NCBI RefSeq assembly: GCF_009834535.1
Contig: NC_045696.1
Span: forward strand, 57,848,001-57,912,000
Direction of reading: 5' to 3'
Source of the DNA: Camelus ferus
Taxonomy: Eukaryota
Length of the DNA: 64,000 bases
The position numbers were made by a program, and so were the translations under genes. Every line of letters begins with the position of its first letter. The first letter of the stretch is position 1. The notes beneath the pieces are model-generated. The model had not been told where the DNA came from and made no database searches. It was given only the letters and a program-made list of their open reading frames with translations. Positions 11,253 to 23,168 of this stretch are shown here, one piece after another.

Positions 11253-13624
11253 GAAACAGGGTGGAGGAGTGAAGCAAAGGTAGGGACAGTAATGAGTCTG
11301 GAGAGGGTGTGAGGGGAGAAAGGATTACCTTGGATTTCAGGAGGTAATGGGAGATAAAGTGTGACTATGAGAGTTTGAACCAGATGAATTTGGACAAAAA
11401 GGAAACCTTCAAGCAGAAGTCATTAAAAAAACGTTTTTGGAAAATTAATATAGTTGCTGCATACAACAGGAATAGCTACTACCTGTGAAGATATTATAGT
11501 AATCCATGTGTGAGGTGATCATGCAAATGACAGTAAAGGAACAGATCTAGGAAGTGTTTTGAAGAAATTAGTATGGCTTTGAGACCTAGAGTAATTTAAG
11601 AAAGGACTTAAAGACTGAAGTTTTTGAGCATGGAGGACTGAAGGAGTGTTGTCCCATTGTCAGAATTGAGAAAGTTGGGAAGGGGTACTGGTTTGGCAGA
11701 GAGGGTGGTGCCTTATTGAGTGGGAGGTGGCATCTAGTTATAGGTGAGGATGGGACCTCAGTCAAAGACCTGAGGACAGAGGTTGGTAAAGTTAGGGAAA
11801 TATACGGGAGCCATCAGTGTGGAGCTGATTATTAAAACAGGAGAGTCCTCCCTAAGAGTAGTGAGGAACAGAGGCAAAGACCAAACCTTGGAGACCTGAC
11901 AGTGTAAGCAATAGGAAGTGGCAGAGGATACCAAAGAAGGTAGGTGACAGAGGTCAGAGATGAAGGAAGAGAATGTGGTGGTGGAATGTAAGGGGGGACT
12001 GAGTCCTTGTAGAAGGATGAGATCAGTAGAGTCAAATGGTCACAAAGATGGAAAGAGGAGAGTCAAATGAGCTAATGATGATTCAAAAAAACATTCATAC
12101 AACTAGAAAGAAATCACTAGTTTACAGCAATCTTAGTAAAGTGAGTGGGGAAAGAAACATTGTAGCCAATATGTTGGCGATGGGGTGAAGGTAGTAAATA
12201 CATACCACTTATTCAGTCACTTGAGCTGTGAAAAGAAGGAGATAGAATTTTATTTATTGGAGCTGTTGAGAACAAGTGAATCTTTTGTCCAGTGGACCCT
12301 CAGTGCCATTATGGTGTAATGAGTCAAGAATACTTATCAACTACCAGTAGAAGTATAAATCAATTCAGCCTTTCTGGAAAGAAGTTTGCTATATATATTA
12401 AAAATCTTAAAAGGATTCATGTTCTTTAACCCTTATATCCTTTAGCCTTCCACTACCAGGATTCCATATAAGAAAATAGTCAGAAATGCCATTAAGGATT
12501 TATGTAGAAAACTGTTCATTGAAACATTTTCTGCAGTAGTAAAAAATGAGAAATAAATCCAGCCATTAGGAATGATTGAATTCAAGTTGTATCTGTTGGA
12601 TATTATACAGCTATGAAAAGTATTTTTAAATTCATGTTTTGGAAATGTATTTGTGACATAAACAAGATAATGATGTTATCTGATTATGAGAAATGTATAT
12701 GTTGTGTCTAAGCATAGGAAAGTCCAGGGAGAGATACACTAAGTTGTTATACCCAGGTGGTGTGATTATGGATGCTTTTATTTTTCTTCATACCTTTTTT
12801 TTAGTTTCCAAATTTTCTGTAATGAGCAAGTGTTTCTTTTATAATTTAAAGATTTTTTAAGAGGGGGGAGACAATGTTTGGCAGGAAAAAGGCAGTGGAA
12901 AGCAAGAATCTAGAGGTTGTGAGAATTTTGGTACATCTCTCAGCAACCTACATCACAAATGGAAGGGTTCACTAGTTCTGAGTGAAGGATGGATGAGTGT
13001 TCTTCCGAGCCTGCAGGGGCAGATGAGAGAACAGATGGAGAGGCAGGGAATCTGTTTCTGTCACAAAACCAATTGAGGTCAACAGCTGAGACAGAGTTTC
13101 AAATAGCCGCTGTTGAGAGTGGGCTGGAATGTTGATGGGAGGACAGAAGATCACCAAGGAGTGGCCTCATCTCACTGAAGTTTGGCCACCAGATACATAG
13201 ATACTTTTCTTTCCATAGAGTTCCCCTCCCAATTTAAAAACTGGCCAGGTTTCAAGGGTTTATTTATAAAACTATTTTTTTGAACTCTAAGATCTTTTCC
13301 CATAGAAACAGTGTTCCAAATGGTGATTAGAGTTCTAGCCTGCCCAGAAAAACTCATGGCAGTGTGTCTTGCCCATTTTTCCTTCCTAGTATTTTTCACA
13401 TGTTCATTCCTCTCTCTTGGGACCTATAGCTGTCCTCTTTCCTGTGCACAACCCACTTGAACTGCAGTGTTGTGACACCACCTAAAAGGAGGTTTCCATA
13501 TTCATGTCTACCCATTTCTGTTCCCTTTACCCTACTTTTCCCCCATCCCCAGCCTGTCCTGCATTCTGCTCTCAGATTTATCTTCCAAAATCACCATGGT
13601 TATTGTTGCTTTCCTGCTCAAAAT

Positions 13625-13832
13625 TGCTCTGTCCATTTCCCAAATTCTTTTGGGTTTGGCAGACAAAGGACTCTCACTGTCGGGGAGTATGGGTAGGCAC
13701 AACAGGCAGAGCCAGAGTGCACTAGGCCTGCTCTGTCCTTTTCCCGAATTCTTTTGGGTTTGGCAGACAAAGGACTCTCACTGTCGGGGAGTGTGGGTAG
13801 GCACAACACGCAGAACCAGAGTGCACTAGGCC
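13625..13832 (+). repeat. Direct tandem duplication, 2 x 104 bp
   Basis: Copies 13625-13728 and 13729-13832 differ at 5 positions by manual alignment. Confidence 0.9.
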
Positions 13833-15109
13833 AGTATCATCACTTAAATCTCACCCAAGGACATCAGCCAGGCCCTTATTAACTCATTAAGGCAGTTAGG
13901 CTGGTGAGAATAGGCTGCCTGGCAGGCAGATACAGAAGTCTATGTCATATACAAGAGCAGGGCAAATCAGAGTTTGAAGCCAGAAAAAAAATCCATCCTT
14001 TGTCAGAATAGTTGCAGTCAGGAGACATCAAGCTGTTCAGGTTTCATCACTGAAAAAAGCTCAGAGCAAGTTAATGTTTCAGGTTTGTTTTGTTGTGGTC
14101 AGCCTTTAGAGCAATCCAGCTTTGCTTCTAATATAGAAAGCAAATCAGTGGTTCTCCAACTTCTCTAAGCCACATAATTACCCTAACTTAATCATTTTTC
14201 TTTCTGGTAGGTCTGCTGAGCAGCTATAAACATTTGACATATGATTTCATCATAATTATAAAATACAGTATTGACTAGATAGCATATATATAGGAACTTT
14301 GCCATCCTCAGAATAAGCATACATTTAGCTTTTTCCTCCTGACACTTAAAATTGACTCTGATTCACAAAACAAACTTTCAAAGTTCCTTCCTCAGACTTG
14401 CGCTTTCCTATCACAGCAAACATTTCAGGGTGAGCAATATACTGTTTCAGTTCTAGAAGGATTAAATAGGCATTTGTGGGCTAGCATGAGAGCTGCCTAA
14501 ATATTTAGATCAAAAAGTCTTTACATGGGACATGAACAAGGAACATCGTTGCCCTGGAAACAAGGTGCTTCTCCCAGCTGGGATGATGGTAGCTCCTGGC
14601 CTTCTGGATCACTGGGAAGAGAATAAGGGCAGAGTCTCACAGTAGTGCAGTTGGGTCAGCTCTGTGAGCTCTGGTCATTCATTGTGTGATAATCAGACAG
14701 TGGCTGTTTACCTGTGAGGGGCCGCCAGCTGCTGTAGAGGAGGGATGTGAAATAAACCCTTTTCCCCGGGGAATGAGGATGAGAACACGGGGGATGACCT
14801 GTAGAACAGTTCCCACTGCATATTGTCAAGTAACTGAGTAGCTAGCGTATCAAGAGACTGCATGCTCTGTAAAATCTGAAAGCTGTTCATATTTTAATAT
14901 ACTCCACAGGGATTCCAAACTTTCGGTGTAATGAGTTACGTATTATTGATATGCGGAAGTTAGAAATAAAGCAGAGCTCCTTTTCAGTGAATTGTTGTTG
15001 AAGAGCGGGATTTTGAACACATCCAGAGGCATAGGAGTTAAGCTCTACATGTATGCCTTCCTCATTTATGGGTCTGTGTTCAACAGGGAATCTAGCTGGT
15101 TATGTTGAA

Positions 15110-15680
15110 GAATAGGGATTCTCAAACATGGCAGCACGTTAGAATCACTTAGAGAATCTTTTAAGAAAAATACAAATGCCAGAGTTCTCGTCACAGAAAT
15201 TGGAATTTAGCTGGTTTGGGATGGCCCTGTGCTTTGGGTTCTTCTGTGAGTTTTTTGGTGATAATTTCAGTATACAGAGCTTGCAATCCACCTTTCTGGA
15301 GTAGTGCTTCTCAAACTTCAGTATGCACAAGCATCACTTGAAGGGCTGTAAAAACATTTTTCCAGTCCTAACCCCAGGAGATTCTGAAGGTTTAGGGTTG
15401 GGTCTGAGACTTTGTATTTCCTTGAAGCTCCCAGCTGAGGCTGAAGAGCACTGTTCTGCAGTGTTGGTTTCCATGTGTCTGGCACACAGTATGTATTCAT
15501 CAGCTGTTGAATGAACGTGGTGGGTATCTATTTGCTTCTTGAAATTTAATGTTCGTATGAATCACTTGGATATCTCATTAAAAATGCGGATTAAGATTCT
15601 ATAGGTCTGGGGTGGGAGCTGAGAGTTTGCATTTCTAACAGGCTCACAGGTAATAGCAACCACATTTGAAAATAGCAAGA
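15110..15680. mobile_element. Three adjacent MER5-family (hAT-Charlie) relics
   Basis: Three units of the type ttctcaaac...gaatcac(t)tg...ggtctggggtgg...gcatttctaac. Confidence 0.6.
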
Positions 15681-15984
15681 TGTGACAAGATATATATCAT
15701 CATGTGTAATTTTCTCATCTTATCTCCATCAAGGTACACTAGTCACGTGACCTTCACCTGCATTTCTTTGGTTTACCCTGAATTGGACACATTTCCTACC
15801 TATGTCCCATTTCTTTCCTTTTCAATCCCACTCCAAAAGCACATTGGAGGCAAATGAGTGAGAATGACATTTTTATAAAGATAACGTCAAATTCTCTTAA
15901 AATATTAAATATCAAATAAATATAAAAATTTTGTAAACTATGTATAAAGTGAAAAATGGTAAGATGTAATTAATAGCCATGTTT

Positions 15985-16706
15985 TTATTTGAAATAATTT
16001 TAATTTACAGAGATGTCACAAAGATAGTACAGAGTTCTGTGTACCCCTCATCCATTTACCCCAAATGCTATTGTTTTACATAAGCACAGTACATTTGTCA
16101 ATATTAAGAAGTTAACATTGGTACTTTGCTATCAACCAAAGGACAGACTTCATTTGGTTTTTATTGGTTATTCTGCTGATGTCCATTTCTGTTCCAGGAT
16201 CCAGTCCAAGATACCACGTTGCATTTAGTTGTCCCTGTCTCCTTAGTGTCTTCTGTTTTGTGACAGTTTCACAGTCTTTGATTTTCATGATCTTGACAGT
16301 TTTAAGGAATACTGGTCAGATGTTTTGTAGAATGCCTCTCAATTTGGTTTTGTTTGACGCTTTATCATGCTAAGACTAGCATTATGAGTTTAGGGGAAGA
16401 ATAAATAGCACAGAAGTAAAGTGCCCTTTTCATCACATCAGAGTAGAGAGTACATAATATCCACGTGATTTATTACTGATGAATTAACCTAGGCCAGTTT
16501 GTTTCTTCCTTGTAAAGTCACTATTTTTCCCTTTCCGTACTCTTTTCGTCGGAAGCAAGCGCTAAGTTCAAACCCACATGCAAGGGGAGAAGAATCCAGA
16601 AGGGAAAGCGTATCTACATATATTTGGGGTTTTTCTGTCAGAGATTTGTCCCTTTTTCCCTGTTTATTCATTCATCCAGTTATTCAAATTAAAATTGACT
16701 CATATT

Positions 16707-16757
<51 letters not shown>

Positions 16758-17690
16758 TATGTGGACTCATTTTAAATTACAATCTATTACTATGTTAATT
16801 TATTGTGTTGTTCATATTATTCCAGTTTAGTTTCTATCACATCAGCTCCTGTGTCTCTTTACGTGCCCTCCTCCTTTTATTTTTTGAACACTTCCTTACT
16901 TTCTGGCACTACAGGATATTCCAGACTCATCTTGTAATTTCTCTGCCCCAACCTAGAGTCAGCTATTTTTCTCCAAGGATCCCTGGTTCCTTTTATTGGA
17001 TAATGGTATTTAGAAACCAAGATCTGAGCACTGAGTATGCTTGTTGCTACTAAAGTGTCACTAATTCCAGGCCTTCCAGTGGGTAGAGCTAGAAAATATA
17101 TGTGTATGTACTAAACTATGTATACACACATACTTCTAATTATGCCTATATTTATTTCATATCTATCATTTCTCTTTTGTCTCTATGGGGGTGGGGAGAG
17201 AGAGAGGGAGGGAGGGAGAGGGAGGGAGGAGTTTATATATAAGGCTAAAGGGGTTCATCCTGAGTTCTCTGACTCTGATCCAGCACACATTCTTTCTAGC
17301 CTTCCACCCTCACGTTTGGAATTTCTTTCTTTGAGGGTGAGAAACCTGGCTCGCTGTCATTATCTACCATTTAGTTACTTATTTGTTCATTGTTAACCCA
17401 TGCTCCTATAAGAAACAAATTTGCCAACTAGAGTATAGTGTTTATATATATTTTTTGTCTTTAGTCTTACAGTTTCCAGTCAAAACAGTATTTTCCACAG
17501 TTACGTAGATCAGCTTCTTTTTTCCCACCTTGAAGTTATGAGGTTAGGTCATACATTTCTAATACAGTTAGATACATTTGTCACAATCTGCATTTCATCC
17601 TGGGACTCCCTCAACTTCCTGGTTGATATTTTTAAATCTGCATGTATCAAAATTCTTTGTTTTGTGTAGTTTTAGGGGATTGGACAAATG
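15985..17690 (-). mobile_element. Ancient L1M 3' region containing a (TTTA)n microsatellite at ~16705-16757
   Basis: Reverse-oriented L1M 3'-end text (ttttatttgaaataattttaatttacag...gatagtacagagttctgtgtaccc...ttccaggatccagtccaagataccacgttgcatttagt). Confidence 0.6.
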
Positions 17691-18092
17691 CCATGATTTT
17701 ATTTTTAAGCAAATCACTGGCAAACTTTGTAACTAACAACATACGTGTAACAAACCTGGCAACTGATCTTCACACAGGCTAGGAAATACTAAATTAGATG
17801 ATCTTCTAAAAGCCTGTTTCTCCTTCAGCATTCATTGAACCTTCATTTATCATTGCTAATTCCCAGAGATTGATTATGTCCCAAGTAACATCACTGATGG
17901 TTATCTCCAAGAGAGTCTTGAAAGAGTCTTGAGGGAAAAAAAAAAACAAAGCATCTCCACCACTCTGCACTGTCAATTGGGGTTAGAAAGACTTTTTATG
18001 GAAAGGAAGAGACAACAGCAGAAGCCAGTACCTGAACTGCCTCATCTGGGCTGAACCACTGGAGCCTCCAGCTAGCAGTAGTAACTCTAAGA

Positions 18093-18272
18093 CACTGATT
18101 TTCAAATTGTGAGTCCCCAGACCAACAGTATCAGCATCACCTGGGAAACTGTTAGAAATGCAAATTCTCAGGCTCCACCTACACTTACTGAGTCAGAAAC
18201 TGGAAATGGGGTCCAATAGTCTGTGCTAAGAGTTCTGAGTGCTTCTGTTGCACACTAAAGTTTGAGGACCTG
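18093..18272. mobile_element. MER5A relic
   Basis: ccccagaccaacagtatcagcatcacctgggaaactgttagaaatgcaaattctcaggctccacc...aagtttgaggacc. Confidence 0.7.
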
Positions 18273-18869
18273 TACTCTTAAGATTAATCAGCCATTTGCC
18301 AGTCAGGGCCTGAGGAGCAGCAGTGGGGCTTCATCTTGACTTCCTGCTAGGGCCCTGGGGACACAGAACTGGTCAACCAGGGACAGGCTTTAATTGTAGC
18401 CAAAGGTTTAAAGGGCTGTTTTTCTTGTGGTTTATATGTTTGTTTTTAATTGTGATCCACCAGAGGATGGGAAATTTCTGGCTTCAGTGTCTAGGACAAT
18501 ATATTCTTTTTCTTTGAGGTAGAAAAGAAGAGTTTATGACACTAAAACATTTTTATGCTTTAATTTTTTTGTAATTACAAAATAAAGACCAGAATCATAT
18601 CAAATACTTCCCGTTTTTTTTAGTAGATACCAGGTTTTTAAATTATTTTTATAATGGTCTGTTATTTATAATATGTATAACATCATGTTTATGTTTTAAT
18701 AAGTAGTTATACCTTAGGGAGTTAAAAATTACTGGTATCCGGTATGAAGTTTTAGTAAGAAAAAGTTGGGAGATATTTTCTGATCTAGGTAAATCTCTCA
18801 TGCCTTTAAATCCCTATTCTGTACCTCCATCCCTGGGCACCTCTGTGACTTCAAATCCTACACTTCTTT

Positions 18870-19295
18870 TTATTATTCACTCTGTTCCAGCCATGCTGGC
18901 CTCCTCTTTGTGTCCCTAGAACACTTCAGGGCCTTTGCACTTACTGTGATTTCTGTTTGGAATGCTCTTTCACCAGATCCTTGCCTTCTAGCTCCCTCAC
19001 TTCCTTCAAAAGTAGCATTCTCAGAGAGAACTCCTGCTACCCTATCTAAAATTTCACACACACACACAGTCACATTCCAAGCACACAAACACTTAGTGTC
19101 CCCATTGTTTATTTTTTCTCTTTGGAAGCTACTATCTAACAATAAATAAATAAATAAATATATATATATATATTTTCTCTCTCTCCAGTAGAATGAAAGT
19201 TTGACTGGCATAGATTTTTATCTCTTTTTTATATTGCCTAGAACAATGCCTGATACATACTAAGTACTCAATTATTATTTGTTGAATGAATGAAT
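18870..19295 (+). mobile_element. L2 3' end
   Basis: ctctgttccagccatgctggcctcc...cagggcctttgcacttactg...cctagaacaatgcctgatacatactaagtactcaa...ttgttgaatgaatgaat. Confidence 0.7.
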
Positions 19296-19796
19296 ATCTC
19301 CAAACATGCATTTATGTAACTCACAGTAAGTTGCTGGTGATAGCACTTTTGCTTTTTCATTATTACCTGAACTGAGCTGAGAGGCAGCTTGTCTTTTATT
19401 CTTCTAAACTGTCTCTGTTCTGTTCTGTTCTCCTCAACTGCCTCTGTTCTAATTAAGAGGGATGGGGGAGGGAAGTACCTAAGAAAATAATTACTGATTC
19501 TTTCCTGTTTCCTATTTAGACAATAGAGCTCACTGCCAGTTAACTTTGTTCCTTTCTGTCTCAGTGCCTGCCAGAAGGGAATGGGACAGGATGGTGTGAG
19601 ATGGAGCGTTGTAGGTCACATTAAACTAGTGTTTCTCTAGGGGAGATGAAAAAACCTGGAAATGGATGGTGGTAATAGTGGCACAACAGTGTGATCATTA
19701 ATTATTTAATGCCACGGAACTATACGCTTAAAAATGTTTAAAATGTTCAATTTTGTGTTATATATGTTTTACCACAATTTTTTAAACCGCCAAAAC

Positions 19797-19990
19797 ATAG
19801 TGGTTCTCAAAGTATAGTTCCAAACCAGCAGTAGCAGCTTCCCCTAATAACTTGATAGAAATGCAAATTCCCAACCTTCCCCCTAGAACTGTTGATTCCA
19901 AAACTGGAGGTAGGTGGGCCTAGTGATTTGCATTTTAACAAGCCATTTGGGTGGTTTTGATGCATACTGAAGTTTTAGAGTCACAGCATT
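19797..19990. mobile_element. MER5A relic
   Basis: tagtggttctcaaagtatagttccaaaccagcagtagcagc...agaaatgcaaattc...ttttaacaagcc...gatgcatactgaagttttagag. Confidence 0.65.
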
Positions 19991-20350
19991 GAATAATTTT
20001 GTTTCAATCCTGAGAGCTATGAAGAGTTTTTGAAGGGTTTCATAGAATTTCCTCTGGTAACTGTATAAAATTACCTTGGTCAGAAATTCTGACCACCTTA
20101 GCAGTAAAATCAAAATGCTCTGAAAATGTTTTGAAGATTAGTATTGTAAGTAGCGTTGCAAGAAACAAACTTAACATTCAGAGTGCCTACTGTGTCTTGA
20201 GCATCTTGCCAAATGCTTTCACATTTGTTTTTCCATTTAACCCTTTAGTCAACCCTGGTGAAGTAAATATTACATTACCCACATTTAGAATGATGAAAGA
20301 AGCTGAGATCAGTTATCATTTTATCTACTTTCCTTACAGTGTATACTTGC

Positions 20351-20368
20351 TGCCACTAGGTGGCACTG
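20351..20368 (+). promoter_or_regulatory. CTCF-like motif, forward
   Basis: TGCCACTAGGTGGCACTG matches the CCASYAGRKGGCRS core. Confidence 0.6.
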
Positions 20369-21084
20369 GTGGTGTGGTTTCCCAGACCCAGGCAAAGCTT
20401 TCCGGGACTACATGCCTAGAAAACTGAAATAAATGAGGCCTCTTATGAAAGAAATCAGACTGCAGGCAACCACAAATCTTGGTACATAGCAGTTCCAACT
20501 TCAGTATGTCAGTTAGGACTCTGAAAATCCACTCCTATATAAAAGCAATGAAAACACTGCCAAATTCTTACATTCAACTTTTTCAGAACTCTATAAAATA
20601 CCCAGAGGCTTGTGACAATCTGAGTAGCATTTCTCCAAGAAAATCACTTAATCATGGTAAGAACAGCAAGACTTATAAAGTTTTAACTGATTCCTGTTTC
20701 CTCTTGGCTTCACAGTAGCCTTGAAAACTAATAGTCTCAGTCATAGCTATGAAAACCTAGCAGACACTCAAGAAGGCAGAATAGATTTGGAGCTCCCCAA
20801 AGCCCCTCACCCCAGAGAACTGTTACTTTGACCTGTCTGGTAGTTCCATGGAAATCTTCCCTCATGGGGCATACCTTTTTCCCCTCCTCTGACTCAGAGC
20901 TAACACAATACAGCTTCTCCTTCACCCACTCCAGAGCATGCTCCAAAATGCAGACAAAGCCATTCAGCAGAGGCCAGCAGACTTATTAGTGGAAGGCATT
21001 TAAAGAAATCTCTGTCCAGTTATTAGCTGACCACTAAACTAACACAGAACATAGACTTCGGTGGCAAAACACAACAAAGAATAC

Positions 21085-22607
21085 AAGGGAATATAGATCG
21101 TAGGAAATGGAATTGAGAGTCCAGAAATAAGCCCTCACGTTTTTGGACATTTTTCTATATTGTGTCAAAACAATTCAACAGGGGAAAAAAATAGTCTTTT
21201 CAATAAATGATCCTGGGAGAACTGGATACCCAATGTGCAAGAGGATGAAGTTGGATTCCTTCTACATACAATGTATCAACATTAACTCAAAATGGATCAC
21301 AGATCTAAATATTAGAGCTAAAACTATAACATTCATAGAAAATAACAGGAGTAAACCTTTGTGACCTGTGACACCAAAAGCTCAGTCAAGCAGCAAAAGA
21401 AAACATAGATAAATTGGACTTCATCACAATTAAAAATTTCTGTATTTAAAGGGCATCAACTACCATGAAATGATACCCCATGAAATGGAGAAAATATTTG
21501 CAAATCATGTATCAGGCAAGGAACTTGAATCTAGAATATATAAGAACTCTTACAACTCAGTAATAAAAAGCAATCCAGTTAAAAAATGAGCCAAAGAAGC
21601 TGAATGAACATTTCTCCAGAAAAAATATACAAATATCCATAAGCATGTGGAAAGATTCTCATTGTTGCTACTCAGTAGAGAGATAAAAATCAAGACCATG
21701 TTGTGGGGGAGGGAATAGCTCAGTGGTAGAGCATGTGCTTAGCATGCATGAGATCCTGGCTTCAATCCCCAGCACCTCCATTAAAAAAATAAATAAACCT
21801 AATCACCCCCCTCAAAAAAGTGAAAAAAAAAAAATCAAGACCATGTCGGGGAGGAAGAAATTTTCTTCTACCCTTCTCAGTTCTTCTGTCTGGTCTAAGA
21901 ATTAAGTTGACATGAGACATAATGAGTTGACATTAAATAACATATACATGGGAGAGACCCAGGAAAACTGAGTAATTCAATGAAGTGGCTGTAACCCTCA
22001 CCTTAAATATCTTCAGCTAAAGACAAAGAGGATGTTGGGAGTAGAGGGTTTGGGAGTTACCATGTGACTCAGAAATTTCACCTCTTAGTATATGCCCCAA
22101 AGAAATGAAAATAGATGTTCACTCAAAAACTTGTACACAAATGTCCATGTCAGCATTATTTATAACAGCCAAAAAGTAAGAACTACCTAAATGTCCACTG
22201 ACAATGTATAAACAAAGTCTGGGATATCTGTGCAATGAGAAAATTTGTCATTAAAAAAATAATAAATCAAGTACTGATAAATGCTACAGTATGAACAACC
22301 TTGAAAACATTTTAAGTAAAAGAAGCAAATTACAAAAAGCCACATACGTGATTCTATTTGTATAAAACATCCGGAATATACAATTCAGTAGAGGCAGAAA
22401 GTAGATTAGTGGTTTTCTGGGGTTGGAGGGAGGAAGAAACACAGAGTGACTGCTAGTGGATTCAGAGTTTCTTTCTGGAGTGATGAAAATCTTCTGGAAT
22501 TAGATAATAATCAATGTATAACTTGTGTCTATAATAAAAACTTCTGAATTCTACACTTAATTTAAAAGGATGGATTTTTATGAATGGAATTATGTATCAA
22601 TAAAAAA
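21085..22607 (+). mobile_element. Ancient L1M 3' region (ORF2 end and 3'UTR) interrupted by a SINE and an LTR-like fragment
   Basis: aattgagagtccagaaataagccctcac...aactcaaaatggatcacagatctaaat...tatcaataaaaaaa. Confidence 0.75.
21703..21829 (+). mobile_element. tRNA-derived SINE (camelid Vic-1-like)
   Basis: GGGGGAGGGAATAGCTCAGTGGTAGAGCATGTGCTTAGCATGCATGAGATCCTGGCTTCAATCCCCAGCACCTCC followed by AAATAAATAAACCTAATCACCCCCC and an A tail. A 17-bp TSD AAAAATCAAGACCATGT lies at 21685-21701 and 21830-21846. Confidence 0.85.
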
Positions 22608-22662
22608 ATCTTTACACAAATATAAACACATGCCCATGAGAAGTTCACAGTGATATCTTTTA

Positions 22663-23168
22663 CTTTTTTTTTTAATTGAAGTATAGTCAGTTTACAATGT
22701 TGTGTCAATTTCTGGTGTACAGCACAGTGCTTCAGTCATACATGAATATACATATATTCGTTTTCATATTCTTTTTCACCGTAAGCTACTACAAGATATC
22801 GAATATAGTTCCCTGTGCTATACAGTATAAACTTGTTTATCTATTTTATATATACCAGTCAGTATCTGCAAATCTCAAACTCCCGATTTATCCCTTCCCA
22901 CACTCTTCCCCTTGGTAACTATGAGTTTGTTTTCTATATCTGTGACTCTGTTTCTGTTTTATAAATAAGTTCATTTGTCTTCTTTTTTTATGTATTCCAC
23001 ATATGAGTGATAATCATGTAGCATTTTTCTTTCTCTTTCTGGCTTACTTCACTTAGAATGACAGTCTCCAGGGCCATCCATGTTGCTGCAAATGGCATTA
23101 TTTTATTCTTTTTTGTGGCTGAGTGGTATTCTATTGTATAAATATTCCACAACTTCTTTATCCAGTCA
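22663..23168 (-). mobile_element. Relatively young 5'-truncated L1 (3' ~500 bp)
   Basis: Poly-T, L1 3'UTR, then the ORF2 C-terminal motif (WIKKLWNIYTIEYHSATKKNKIMPFAATWM). Perfect TSD ATATCTTTTA at 22653-22662 and 23169-23178. Confidence 0.88.

Noticed and set aside
21703..21780. tRNA-like sequence (also 5805-5878)
   Set aside because: It has a SINE body, an A-rich tail and TSDs, so it is a SINE head and not a tRNA gene.
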